A stretch of DNA of 64,000 nt from an uncultured delta proteobacterium (GCA_963706575.1 CAVPNL010000006.1:672001-736000), one strand, 5' to 3'; counted from the first letter of the stretch, positions 17,955 through 28,195 are shown. A program made the numbers and translations. The notes: generated by a model not told the origin, from the sequence alone.

Positions 17955-20181
17955 GATTACGCTTAAGGATAAAAGGCTCATAAAAGAGCAGGCCTGTTGG
18001 AAATGCTTATCCTGTTCCAAAGTGCTGTGCCCGGCGCATGGGAAACCATCGGTAGAATGCTGGCTGATTCCCAAAACCCATTGTGCCGATGATGTTAAAG
18101 ACGATTTTTTTCAAAAAATATCCTCATGCATTACCTGCAGTTATTTTAAGAAACAGGGCGAACTGCACCCCCAGGGCTGGAATATTTTCATTTCGGAACA
18201 AATCCGGCAATACAATGTCAAAGCCTTGGAACATATCTATCAGAAAGAAGAAAGCTTTGTCGAGATTCTTGACCGCATTCCGGACGGTCTTTTCACGACC
18301 GATGAAGAATGGCGCATCACTTACTTCAACCCGGCAGCCGAAAAAATTACCGGTTTTTCGGCCGATGATGCGGTGGGGATGTATTGCAAGGATGTGTTTA
18401 AGAACTCCATCTGCGAGTCTGACTGTGCCCTTAAGCACGCGATCGCAGAAGGCAGAGATATCCACAACCGGGAGTATGAGATTACCAGCATTGAAGGCAA
18501 ACGGATACCCGTTATTTGTTCAACATCGCCGTTTCGCGACGCGGCCGGGCGCGTTACCGGTGGTCTTGAAATATTTAAAGATATCTCCGAGTTGAAACGG
18601 CTCCAGGAAGAGGTCGCCAAACGCGAGAAAAAATATCGTCGCATCTTTGAAGGCAGCCACGATATGATCTATACCACCAACCAGAAGGGCCAGATACTGG
18701 ATATTAATCAAGCCGGTGTCGAAATGCTTAACTTTCCATCCAAGGAAGAAATGCTCAAAACGGTGTCGGCCCAGACGCTTTATCGCCACTCCTTGGATCG
18801 AGATCGATTTCTGGCGGCCATTAACCGGCGGGGCCAGGTAAAAGATTATGAAGTTGAATTTAAAAAACACGATGGCGCTGCGATGCATGCCCTGATTTCC
18901 AGCCGGCGATACCAGAACCCTGAAACCGGCGATGTCGAGTACGAGGGCATCATCAAAGACATTACCCATCGCAAGCGGACCGAAGAAGCGCTTAAGCAGC
19001 GCAACCGGGAACTTTCGATATTAAACAGCATTGCGGTGGCCTTAAATCACAATATGCCCTTGAACCTGATTTTACAGGAGGCGCTCAAAAACGTACTGAA
19101 GGTATTAGAGCTCAATCGGGGGGCCATTTTTCTGATCAATCGCGACCGCGAAAAAACCGAGGTCATTGCCAAATCTGGTTTTAATGCGGAAGGCACTGAA
19201 GACAACCAAGCGGTATTTTTCAAAGATCCGCTGTTGAGCAAAGCCCTCCTGGAAGTTGACATGATTTTAAAGCCCGAACCCATCTTTCCGACCTTTAAAG
19301 CCCGTTTTGAGTCGAAAGCCCAAAAATCTTCACCCTGGATGACCTGTTTTCTGATTACCTTCAAAGGCAAAGGAGTGGGCTTTTTGGGGCTCGACATCCC
19401 CTCATCTCGCAGATTGAGTCAATATGAGTTCCATTTGATGGGTTCTCTGGGCAACTTTTTGGGGGGAGCCATCGTGAATGCCCAGATGAGGGAGACGATT
19501 CGTCGCGATCGGCATGAGTTAAGACGGCTTACCGCAAAATTATTTCAGAGTCAGGAGGAAGAACGACGCCGTATCGCTCGAGAGCTTCATGATGAATCCG
19601 GTCAATCTCTAACGGCCGTGAAACTGGCCCTGGAAAGGTTGGAACAAAATCTGCCATCGCAAGAAAAAGGTCTCAGGGAAGCCATCGGCGAAATCATTAT
19701 GATGGTGCGACGAACGTCCTCGGAAATCAGGCACCTTTCATACCACCTGCACCCGACCCTGTTAAGTGATCTGGGTCTTGAACCGGCGCTGGATCTTTAT
19801 TTCAAAGAAATCAAAAATCATACGGGTCATAACATCGAGTTCAGCATGGTGGGATTTGATCACCGCCTGGATGCTGACATGGAAACGGTTTTCTATCGTT
19901 TCAGCCAGGAAACCCTGACCAATGCCCTGAAGCATTCCGGTTCGGATAACTTCCGCCTTTCCATTATCAAAAGCTATCCCAAGATCATCTTCCGGGCAGA
20001 AGATGACGGGATCGGTTTCGACACCCAGATCATTGGAACCGATAAGCGCAATCTGGGCCTGCTGGGTATGCGGGAACGAACCTCTCTGCTGGGGGGAACC
20101 TTCCAGCTGCGCAGCAAACCGGGAGAAGGAACCCGAATCCGGATTGAGATACCTTTTGCTGAGTCATTGAGCCATGGCTAA
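17923..20181 (+). CDS. Cytoplasmic sensor histidine kinase (Cys-rich N-terminus, two PAS, GAF-like, HisKA_3); exact start uncertain
   Basis: PAS motifs FNPAAEKITG and INQAG, QEEERRRIARELHDESGQ, QE.LTNALKHS, DDGIGF, GLLGMRER. No evident transmembrane segment. Confidence 0.9.
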   Translation: MSLLLEDHLIEITLKDKRLIKEQACWKCLSCSKVLCPAHGKPSVECWLIPKTHCADDVKDDFFQKISSCITCSYFKKQGELHPQGWNIFISEQIRQYNVKALEHIYQKEESFVEILDRIPDGLFTTDEEWRITYFNPAAEKITGFSADDAVGMYCKDVFKNSICESDCALKHAIAEGRDIHNREYEITSIEGKRIPVICSTSPFRDAAGRVTGGLEIFKDISELKRLQEEVAKREKKYRRIFEGSHDMIYTTNQKGQILDINQAGVEMLNFPSKEEMLKTVSAQTLYRHSLDRDRFLAAINRRGQVKDYEVEFKKHDGAAMHALISSRRYQNPETGDVEYEGIIKDITHRKRTEEALKQRNRELSILNSIAVALNHNMPLNLILQEALKNVLKVLELNRGAIFLINRDREKTEVIAKSGFNAEGTEDNQAVFFKDPLLSKALLEVDMILKPEPIFPTFKARFESKAQKSSPWMTCFLITFKGKGVGFLGLDIPSSRRLSQYEFHLMGSLGNFLGGAIVNAQMRETIRRDRHELRRLTAKLFQSQEEERRRIARELHDESGQSLTAVKLALERLEQNLPSQEKGLREAIGEIIMMVRRTSSEIRHLSYHLHPTLLSDLGLEPALDLYFKEIKNHTGHNIEFSMVGFDHRLDADMETVFYRFSQETLTNALKHSGSDNFRLSIIKSYPKIIFRAEDDGIGFDTQIIGTDKRNLGLLGMRERTSLLGGTFQLRSKPGEGTRIRIEIPFAESLSHG

Positions 20182-20836
20182 TCCAGTTCGCATACTCATC
20201 GCTGATGACCATACCATTGTTCGCCAGGGTTTAGCGAGTTTGCTGAACGACCAGCCTGATTTGAAGGTCGTCGGCCAGGCCGACAATGGCAGAGCAGCGG
20301 TGGACAAAACGCTTGAGCTAAAGCCGGATATCATCATTATGGATATTGCCATGCCTCAGATGAACGGTATTGAAGCCGTAAAGCGCATAAAGAAGCAAGT
20401 TCCGAAAACCAAAGTTTTGATTCTGTCCATGTATTCCCATGAACATTATATCCATGAGCTTTTAGAAAGTGGTGTGTCCGGCTATCTTCTTAAAGATTCC
20501 AGCGGCCGGGATATTATCAATGCGATTCACGCTGCCATGAACAATGAGACCTTTTTGAGCCCTTCAATTTCCAAGGTGGTTGTGGACACCTATCGATCCC
20601 CCCGCAAAGGAGCCGCCAGTGCGGAGCGTTATAAACGATTGTCCAATAGAGAAAGGGAGGTTTTTCAGCTAGTTGCTGAAGGACATTCCACCCGACAAAT
20701 CGCTGATATGCTTTGTGTCAGCATCAGTACGATCAAATCCCATCGGGCCAAAATCATGGAAAAACTAGAAATCTATTCGCCGGTCAAACTGGTCCATTTT
20801 GCCATCCAGCTCGGATTGGTTGATCCCGAATTATGA
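20174..20836 (+). CDS. NarL/FixJ-family response regulator (REC + LuxR HTH)
   Basis: IADDH, MDIAMP, GYLLK, LSNREREV...G.S...IA..L..S..TIKSH. Confidence 0.92.
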   Translation: MANPVRILIADDHTIVRQGLASLLNDQPDLKVVGQADNGRAAVDKTLELKPDIIIMDIAMPQMNGIEAVKRIKKQVPKTKVLILSMYSHEHYIHELLESGVSGYLLKDSSGRDIINAIHAAMNNETFLSPSISKVVVDTYRSPRKGAASAERYKRLSNREREVFQLVAEGHSTRQIADMLCVSISTIKSHRAKIMEKLEIYSPVKLVHFAIQLGLVDPEL

Positions 20837-22713
20837 ATCCAAATAAAAAAATAGGCATCATCACTCTTACCCGTCAGACGAGTTTAGCCTATTCAGCGCT
20901 GAAAAGGATTGTTGAGGACCTGGGATACGAACCCATTTGTGGTGAAGCCATCGGGTCCGATTGTATCTTTTTCCCATTAGAAGAAATCAATCTGGTGGGG
21001 CATGATTTTTTAGCCGAATTTTTTAAAAAGGCAAAGCTGCCAGATGCCGATGTCATTCTAATTTCAGCGCCTTATACGGTTAACTGGTTTATGTTGCCAA
21101 AGGTCGTTCATTGCTTGAGAAGCGTCTGTTCGGCCCCCATCATCCTGGGCGGCAATGAAGCTTCCAACAACTATAAAAATCTGATGGATTTTCGATTCTC
21201 CACTTTTGTGAATGAAGTGGTCGATGTCGCTCCTGATTTCATCGTCAGGGGAGCCGCTGAAAAAGTGTTACCCGACCTTTTACCCCTGCTGGATAAGCGC
21301 ACCCTGGCCAATAACTGGGATCGAGATTTCCTGAAACAATTGCTCGAGATCCCCAATATTGTCTTTTGGCTGCCGGCCAGAAAGGCGCTGATTGCCACTG
21401 ATTTTAACGCTGAAGATTTATCGGAAAAAGATATTTTTTCATATGTGAAATATGGCGAGAAGTCTATTGCGCTAACGTTGCAAAGAGCCTGTATCTGGGC
21501 CAGAAAATCCCGCGGAGGATGTTTATTCTGTGCGATTGCCAGTCAGTTCGGGGACCATTTTCATTGTGCGGTTCAAAGTGATTTTTTTGTAGAAGATCTG
21601 AGCGTATTTTTAAATAAAAACCCCCAGGTTAAATATATCGATATCTGGGATGATACCTTTAATATCAATCCGGAATGGGCGCTTAAAATCTGCCGCTATT
21701 TACAAACCTTAAGTAAAAAAGCCGGACGAAAAATCAGATATTCCTGTTTCCTGAGGCCCAAAGGCTTAACCGAGAAACTCGTCGCACAAATGGCAGACGC
21801 CAATATTCGGACGGCCTTTATCGGCGCAGACGCCATGACCGATGAGCTTTCACGGCGCATGCGAAGGGGCTGCACCATTTCGGAAATGAACACCTCGATC
21901 GCACTGCTGGCCAAAGGAAAAATCCAGCCCCGATTAAGCGTTCAGCTATTTTCGCCTGAGTCCACGATCGATGATGTCGGCATTACATCGACCCTGGCGT
22001 TTGGCTGTATTAAAAATGGGGAATCAACGGTTCACGTCCACCTGTACACCTATCCCTTATATGGATCGGATATCCATAAACTTCTGGCTGCCAGAGGTAA
22101 TTTAAAAAAAATTCCTTCCCCCCTCTTAAAATTTGATAAAAATTGCGGCTTTGAACCCTATTCTATTGCCTATGACTATATGAATTATGACCCTGATGTT
22201 GAAGATATTAAGCTGAAAACATTTAATCTTTTGAACATTGAAACTTCATTCTATGTTCGAACCTACCCCGGCGATACCGTTAATGCCCGGGCGCTCAAGG
22301 AAATTCTAAGCCAGGTCAGAAACTGGTGTTTAGATGTTAAAAAGTCTCAGGCCACCAAATCGCTCTGGTATATGATGATCCTTTTTTGGGAAAATCAAAA
22401 CGAAGGTTTGAGCAAAACGGAGTTGATCGATTGCCTGTCAAAAAATGAGCCGGATGAGCAAGTGCCGCAACATTTAAGAAAGGTCTATGGCAATTTCGGT
22501 TATCGTTACACCTTATCCAGATCATTTAATGAGGTCATGGAAATCCTCATAAAACAGAAATGGGTGAACAAAATAAAAAAAACGAAATACCGTTTGACTC
22601 CGGCCGGGATAAAGGAATTGAAATCGAGGATTAAAGCTGACAAGGTCGGTTCTTATCATATTGCGGCATATGGTGTCATAACCGCCAACGATTTGTTGGT
22701 GCGTCTCGCATAG
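20833..22713 (+). CDS. B12-binding-domain radical SAM-like protein with CX9CX2C motif
   Basis: ILGGNEAS and FIVRGAAE (B12-binding-like), QRACIWARKSRGGCLFC, WDDTF, FIGAD, PLYGS. Confidence 0.7.
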   Translation: MNPNKKIGIITLTRQTSLAYSALKRIVEDLGYEPICGEAIGSDCIFFPLEEINLVGHDFLAEFFKKAKLPDADVILISAPYTVNWFMLPKVVHCLRSVCSAPIILGGNEASNNYKNLMDFRFSTFVNEVVDVAPDFIVRGAAEKVLPDLLPLLDKRTLANNWDRDFLKQLLEIPNIVFWLPARKALIATDFNAEDLSEKDIFSYVKYGEKSIALTLQRACIWARKSRGGCLFCAIASQFGDHFHCAVQSDFFVEDLSVFLNKNPQVKYIDIWDDTFNINPEWALKICRYLQTLSKKAGRKIRYSCFLRPKGLTEKLVAQMADANIRTAFIGADAMTDELSRRMRRGCTISEMNTSIALLAKGKIQPRLSVQLFSPESTIDDVGITSTLAFGCIKNGESTVHVHLYTYPLYGSDIHKLLAARGNLKKIPSPLLKFDKNCGFEPYSIAYDYMNYDPDVEDIKLKTFNLLNIETSFYVRTYPGDTVNARALKEILSQVRNWCLDVKKSQATKSLWYMMILFWENQNEGLSKTELIDCLSKNEPDEQVPQHLRKVYGNFGYRYTLSRSFNEVMEILIKQKWVNKIKKTKYRLTPAGIKELKSRIKADKVGSYHIAAYGVITANDLLVRLA

Positions 22714-22829
22714 CGATCCCCTAAAACCCTTCTTGCGCTTTTCCATTTCCAGCCAGGTTCCGGAAACCCGTTGTTATGTTGCTTTATTTCGGTCTCAATT
22801 TCTGATCTAAGTTTTAGATTTCAAATGAA

Positions 22830-22870
22830 AATCATCTCGTATCACCACAAAAATCATCTTTTAGACGATT
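22830..22870. promoter_or_regulatory. Operator-like site: half-site plus palindrome AATCATCT-TTT-AGACGATT
   Basis: Half-site 22830-22837, palindrome 22852-22870, upstream of the methyltransferase/corrinoid protein operon. Confidence 0.7.
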
Positions 22871-22980
22871 TTCAAGAAGTGCTGAAATCGGTTAAGAAGA
22901 TGAGATAATTTTCGGATCATGTGATAAAAAAACAAAATAAAAGCGAAAATTAACATTTAACAAAGAAAGGAGCTTTAATT

Positions 22981-24057
22981 ATGGCTGAGCTGACTCCCAT
23001 AGAACGAGTACAGCGATTTTTTAATCGCGAACCCGTAGACAAGATGCCATTTTTTTCGGGGATGGGTATGGTCCTCCTGCCCGCGATCAAAAAACTGGGC
23101 TATAACTTTCCATCGGTCCACCGGAATGCCGAGCGCATGGCTCGTTCTGCGATCGAATCTGCCCGAATGTTCAATTTGGATTCTGTTGTGGTTCCCTTTG
23201 ATATGTGCTGGGAATCCGAAGCCCTGGGTAATGAAATCAGTCTGTATGAAGATTCTGAGGATATCCTTTATCCGACCATTCCCTATAAAAATTGGACGGA
23301 AGTGGATCAAGTCGAAATTTCCCAGGACGATATCGACAATATCATGGATAAATATCCGATGAACTTGCTGCCCGAGGCCATCGCGATTGTCAAAAAGGAA
23401 GCGCCGGATCTGGCCCTGGGTGCCTGGCAATTGGGTCCCTTCACCCAGTGCGGCCAGACCATTGAGCTGGATAAGGTCCTGAAGGCGGTTTTCAAAGATA
23501 CCGCACGCGTAGAGGACATCCTGGACAAGTTTTCCGATATGATCATTAATATCGGAAAAGCACTCAAAGCCGCCGGAGCAGATTTTCTTACCCTGAGGGA
23601 ACCCGGGGTGGCTGCAGACCTTCTGAGCCCCAAGACGTTTAAGGAGATGATCGCACCGCGACTCACACGGATTTTGTCGGGCTGGGAGTCACCGAAAGTG
23701 TTGCATATTTGCGGTTCTACCGATCCACTGGTAGAAATGATGTGGCAGATTGTGACCGATTCGGGCGCCCAGGCAGTCAGTTTCGACATAAAAAACAATC
23801 TTTTAGAAACACGGAAAAAATTAGGTGATGACGCCCTGATTGTTGGCAATTTCGATGTCTTCGGGCTGCCCTGTGCGGAAGAAACGACCGTCGAGCAGGC
23901 CATTGCGGGTATCCGGACCAATATTGACGGGAAAATCGATGCGGTCTGGCCGGGTTGTGATCTTTGGCCGGATATCAAAGAAGAAAACTTTAGGGCCATG
24001 GAAAAAACGGCCCGTGAGTATTATGCCGGTCCGACTCCAGCCGTTGGGCGGCTTTAA
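22981..24057 (+). CDS. MtaA/CmuA-family (UROD-fold) Zn-dependent methylcobamide methyltransferase
   Basis: PFDMCWESEALG, GPFT, LLSP..F, canonical Zn ligands LHICG and WPGCD. Confidence 0.88.
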   Translation: MAELTPIERVQRFFNREPVDKMPFFSGMGMVLLPAIKKLGYNFPSVHRNAERMARSAIESARMFNLDSVVVPFDMCWESEALGNEISLYEDSEDILYPTIPYKNWTEVDQVEISQDDIDNIMDKYPMNLLPEAIAIVKKEAPDLALGAWQLGPFTQCGQTIELDKVLKAVFKDTARVEDILDKFSDMIINIGKALKAAGADFLTLREPGVAADLLSPKTFKEMIAPRLTRILSGWESPKVLHICGSTDPLVEMMWQIVTDSGAQAVSFDIKNNLLETRKKLGDDALIVGNFDVFGLPCAEETTVEQAIAGIRTNIDGKIDAVWPGCDLWPDIKEENFRAMEKTAREYYAGPTPAVGRL

Positions 24058-24095
24058 ATTTAAAATAGACCGATAAGGAGATAAGGAGAATAAAA

Positions 24096-24767
24096 ATGGC
24101 GAGCAAAGAAGAATTATTTGAATTGCTGAAAGACGGTGTGATCAATTATAAAGAGGAACAGGTCAAGGAAGCCGCGCAGCAAGCGGTCGATGAAGGATAT
24201 GTGGCGCTAGAGATGATCATGGATGGTTTGGCTGCCGGAATGGAGGTCGTCGGTGAGCTCTACGAGAAGCACGAATATTTTGTCCCCGAGGTACTCATGT
24301 GCGCCGATGCCTTATATTTGGGCCTGGATATACTGCGACCGCATGTCCCCAAGTCGGACGCGGGCGCGGTGGCGCAGGTGGTAATCGGCAGCATCCAGGG
24401 CGATGTGCACGACATCGGTAAAAACCTGGTCAAGATGATGTTTGATGTCGCCGGTTGGGAGGTTTATGACCTTGGCCGGGACGTGCCGCTTGAGAATTTT
24501 GTGGAGGAACAGTTGCGGACGGATGCCGAGGTCGTGGCCATGTCAGCCATGATGACCACAACCATGCTGGGTATGAAAAAAGTTATCAAGATGATCAAAG
24601 ATAAGAACCCGGACGTGGCCATCATGTTAGGCGGCGCGCCCGTGACCCAGGATGTCGCCAACCTTTTTGGTGCCGATGGTTATGCCGAGTCTGCCGGGAA
24701 TGCGGTGGCAGAAGGGATCAAGATGATCGGGCGTCTGCGGGAATTCGAAAAAAAGAAGGAAGGGTAA
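24096..24767 (+). CDS. Methyltransferase cognate corrinoid protein (MtaC/MttC-like)
   Basis: GL..GM..VG..YE..EYFVPEVL cap, GDVHDIGKNLV (DxHxxG), SAMMTTT, GGAP, GADGY. Confidence 0.95.
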   Translation: MASKEELFELLKDGVINYKEEQVKEAAQQAVDEGYVALEMIMDGLAAGMEVVGELYEKHEYFVPEVLMCADALYLGLDILRPHVPKSDAGAVAQVVIGSIQGDVHDIGKNLVKMMFDVAGWEVYDLGRDVPLENFVEEQLRTDAEVVAMSAMMTTTMLGMKKVIKMIKDKNPDVAIMLGGAPVTQDVANLFGADGYAESAGNAVAEGIKMIGRLREFEKKKEG

Positions 24768-24936
24768 TTTACTGCTTCCATCTGGAAATCCCGGCCGGCA
24801 GCTTCTATTATCGGGGCTGTCTGCCGGGTTTTCCGTATTCGAAATATTGTCGCTAGGGGATTACCCTATATTCAGATCAGATCGCCGTCAGTTGCTGGCT
24901 GCCCGCTGATTTCAAAATGAAGGAGGATTTGAGCGC

Positions 24937-27003
24937 ATGGGAGACAAGGATAACAACGCGATGGTTATTTTTCAACCGTCGGGACGAAGAGGCGAGGTGC
25001 CTAAAGGCATCAATGTGTTAGAAGCGTCCAGATTGCTGGGGGCTGATATCGAGGCCCTGTGTGGAGAAAAGAAGGTTTGTGGCAAGTGTAAAGTCCGTAT
25101 CGAAGAAGGCCGTTTTGAGAAATACGGCATCGAGTCCAAAATGACCAACGTTAGCGCCTGGCAGGAAGAAGAAGAAAAGTTTATCTTTCCTAAAGAAAAA
25201 GAGACCGGTCATCGATTGGCCTGCGTCTGCGAAATTCAGGGCGATCTTTTGGTTTTCGTACCGGAGGAATCTCGCGCCGGCAAGCAGGTGGTGAGTAAAG
25301 CGGCCCGGGACATATATATCGAGCATAACCCGGCGGTAAAAATTTACACTGTTAAAGTCGACCCCCCCACCTTTGAAGAACCCACCGCAGATTTTGAACG
25401 CGTCTGCCGGGTACTGGAAAAAGAGCACGGACTTAAAGATCTGGCGGTTGACATATTTGCCTTAAGGCAGCTGCCCACGGCACTGCGCGACGGCGATTGG
25501 TGCGTGACGGTCAGTGTCTGGAACGACAGGGAAGTTGTGCGCTTTCGACCCGGCAAGGCCGAGCGCGCTTACGGATTGGCGATCGATGTGGGCACGACCA
25601 CCGTGGCGGCCTATTTTTGCGATCTGACCACGATGGAGGTTGTCGATACGGTCTCTATGATGAATCCCCAGTGCAAATATGGCGAGGACGTCATGGCGCG
25701 GATCACCTATCACATGACCTCTACCGATGGGTTGCAGCGAATGAACGACGACATCATCGAGGGGCTCAATTCTCTGGTCGATCAGGCCATCCAGAACACC
25801 TATCCGCCCAAGAAGAAAAAGAAGAAGAAAAAAGGTGAAGAAGGACCGGCTGAGTTTGTGGAAGTGCCCGAGGAAGGCAAGACCTATCTGCGCCTGACAA
25901 AAGAAGATATTGAGGATGTAACCATTGGGGGCAACACTGCCATGCATCATATTTTTCTAAAACTCAATCCCGAGCATGTGGGGTTGGCTCCTTTTCCCCC
26001 GGTGATCCATCACAGTCTGGACATCAAGGCCCGCGATATGGGCATCAACATCAATCCCGCTTCTTATGTATTTGTGCTTCCCAATGAAGCCGGATTTGTG
26101 GGTGCGGATAACGTCGGTGTGATGCTGGCCGAAGAGCCGTACAAAAAAGACGAAATCTCACTGATTATTGATATCGGCACCAATGGCGAGCTGGTGTTGG
26201 GCAACAAAGAGAAGTTGATCTCCTCTTCCTGTGCGACCGGTCCGGCCCTGGAGGGGGCCCAGATTGCTTTCGGTATGCGGGCAGCCCCCGGGGCCATGGA
26301 ACGCATCGAAATCGATCCTGAAACGCGGGAGGTGAATTACAAGGTGATCGGCCGCGACGCCTGGCGTAAATATTCGGAACCCAAGGACATGAAAGCCAAA
26401 GGCATCTGCGGTTCCGGTATTTTGGACCTGCTGTCTGAGCTCTACTGTGCGGGGATTATTATCAAAAGTGGCGCATTTAACAAAGAAGCGTTAGCGGGGC
26501 ATCCCCGTTACCGATTGAACCCGGATACCAACCAGCCGGAATTTGTTCTGGCCTGGGCGGAGGAATCCAGCATTGATAAGGACATCGTGGTCACCCAAAA
26601 AGATGTCCGCCAGATCCAATTGGCAAAAGGCGCACTTTATGCCGGCTGTAAGCTCATGATGCAACGCATGGGAATGGAGAAAGTGGATACGATCAAAATC
26701 GCAGGTGCTTTCGGCACCCATGTGGATCGCGAAAAAGCGCTGATTATGGGGCTGTTTCCGGACTGCGAGATCGAAAAGATCGAAAGTGTCGGTAATGCTG
26801 CCGGTGACGGTTGCCGAGCGGCGTTGTTGAATAAGGACAAACGGGAGGAAGCCAACTGGGTATCGCGCAATGTGGAATACATTGAGCTGACCGTAGAGGG
26901 AGACTTCCAGACCGAATTCATGGAGGCCATGCAGATACCGCATATGACGGACGAATTTCCGCATCTGGTCGGTGTCGTCCCCGAGGAAATTCTAAATCAA
27001 TAA
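24937..27003 (+). CDS. ASKHA-family ATP-dependent corrinoid reductive activator (RamA/RACo-like) with N-terminal 2Fe-2S domain
   Basis: CGEKKVCGKC...RLAC, DVGTTT, NPQ..YGEDV, GFVGAD, DIGTNGE, CATGPALEG, GICGSG, QLAKGA, AGAFG, GNAAG. Confidence 0.92.
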   Translation: MGDKDNNAMVIFQPSGRRGEVPKGINVLEASRLLGADIEALCGEKKVCGKCKVRIEEGRFEKYGIESKMTNVSAWQEEEEKFIFPKEKETGHRLACVCEIQGDLLVFVPEESRAGKQVVSKAARDIYIEHNPAVKIYTVKVDPPTFEEPTADFERVCRVLEKEHGLKDLAVDIFALRQLPTALRDGDWCVTVSVWNDREVVRFRPGKAERAYGLAIDVGTTTVAAYFCDLTTMEVVDTVSMMNPQCKYGEDVMARITYHMTSTDGLQRMNDDIIEGLNSLVDQAIQNTYPPKKKKKKKKGEEGPAEFVEVPEEGKTYLRLTKEDIEDVTIGGNTAMHHIFLKLNPEHVGLAPFPPVIHHSLDIKARDMGININPASYVFVLPNEAGFVGADNVGVMLAEEPYKKDEISLIIDIGTNGELVLGNKEKLISSSCATGPALEGAQIAFGMRAAPGAMERIEIDPETREVNYKVIGRDAWRKYSEPKDMKAKGICGSGILDLLSELYCAGIIIKSGAFNKEALAGHPRYRLNPDTNQPEFVLAWAEESSIDKDIVVTQKDVRQIQLAKGALYAGCKLMMQRMGMEKVDTIKIAGAFGTHVDREKALIMGLFPDCEIEKIESVGNAAGDGCRAALLNKDKREEANWVSRNVEYIELTVEGDFQTEFMEAMQIPHMTDEFPHLVGVVPEEILNQ

Positions 27004-27004
27004 A

Positions 27005-27355
27005 TTGCGGTGCATCTTGGCTTCTCAAAAACCAAAATGGGTGTGTGTGACGGTTGATCCGGGAATCTGCGGCTTTCCGTGTGTTATAAAGGCCCGCAAA
27101 ACAGGCGCTCGCGCGGTTTCGCTAAAAATTTCCGGTTCGGATTGCGAGCAGATTCAAAGACTGGCCGAGCGCCTTACGACTTTATCGATAAAAGAGCTGT
27201 TTACACCGCTGAGCCGCAATCCGGTATACATCTCAACTGAAAAGTCGGGTTGCCACCTCTCCTGTGCGATTCCGGTGGCGGTCATCAAGGCGGCTGAAGT
27301 GGCATTGGAGCTGGCGCTGCCGCAGGAAGTCCATATCAAATTCGAAGCGTGCTAG
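27005..27355 (+). CDS. Small Cys-containing conserved protein (DUF6951-like); start uncertain
   Basis: PGICGF, SDC, CHLSCAIP...KAAEV...LALP..V.I.F pattern. Confidence 0.6.
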   Translation: MRCILASQKPKWVCVTVDPGICGFPCVIKARKTGARAVSLKISGSDCEQIQRLAERLTTLSIKELFTPLSRNPVYISTEKSGCHLSCAIPVAVIKAAEVALELALPQEVHIKFEAC

Positions 27356-27368
27356 GAGCGCAACATCA

Positions 27369-27965
27369 ATGCAAGAATCAAAAGTGGTTCCGTTTAAAGC
27401 CGGTGACGGCATATCGCATACCCTGACCCAGCGTCTGCTGGAAAAGGGCCGGTCATATGGCCTAAATGCGATTTTTCCGTTTGACATCGATAAAATTTCT
27501 GTGGCCGAATGGGTTCATCTTAAATGCCGTTACGGCTGTAACCAGTATAATACGAACTGGTGTTGCCCGCCGGCCACCCCTGATCCGGACAAGGTTCGTG
27601 CCGTTCTGTCGGAGTATTCCACCGCGCTCCTTCTGGTGGGAACCACAAATTGCTCGGACTTTTATCTGAACAACGAACGCAAGCGAATCTCTCAGGTCCG
27701 CTGCTGGAAGGGTACCATCAGCCTGGAACGCATCCTGTTTCTGGAGGGGTATTACAAAGCGTTCAGTCTTGTGGGGGAGTGTTGCGCCCTCTGCAAGGAA
27801 TGCGCCTACCCGGATGATTGCCGCTTCCCGCAAGAAAAAAGACCATCGGTGGAATCATTTTCCATTGATGTCATTGGAACCTTGAAAAATCTGGGTACCA
27901 CTTCAGCGGTTGCCGCTAAAACCTGTGAAACCTACAACTATTATGGCATTATTCTTTTGGAATAA
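27369..27965 (+). CDS. DUF2284-like metal-binding protein
   Basis: KCRYGC..Y..NWCCPP, GECCALCKEC, CRFP...RPSVESFSIDV. GGAG upstream of ATG 27369. Confidence 0.8.
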   Translation: MQESKVVPFKAGDGISHTLTQRLLEKGRSYGLNAIFPFDIDKISVAEWVHLKCRYGCNQYNTNWCCPPATPDPDKVRAVLSEYSTALLLVGTTNCSDFYLNNERKRISQVRCWKGTISLERILFLEGYYKAFSLVGECCALCKECAYPDDCRFPQEKRPSVESFSIDVIGTLKNLGTTSAVAAKTCETYNYYGIILLE

Positions 27966-28195
27966 ACCCCGGAGGGCCATAATCAAAAATGGTTCTTGAC
28001 AATTTTAGTCGACAATGATGATAAGTATTTGTGATTCATCGTTCAGGATTGCTGCAGAGAATTTGCAACTGCGGACGGCTTATCTTTCCACCAGATAGCG
28101 GCAATTAGACCATGAAAGGAGGTGATGAAAAAAAAACGTTTATACAATTTTATGTAAAAACGTGACCCCTAATCAAAAACGAAAGGAGATTCCCA

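Noticed and set aside
10152..24767. hgcAB mercury methylation genes (corrinoid protein plus C-terminal CC protein)
   Set aside because: No HgcA cap-helix motif or HgcB ferredoxin motifs; the corrinoid protein is DxHxxG type and the CC-ending protein is an ATPase.
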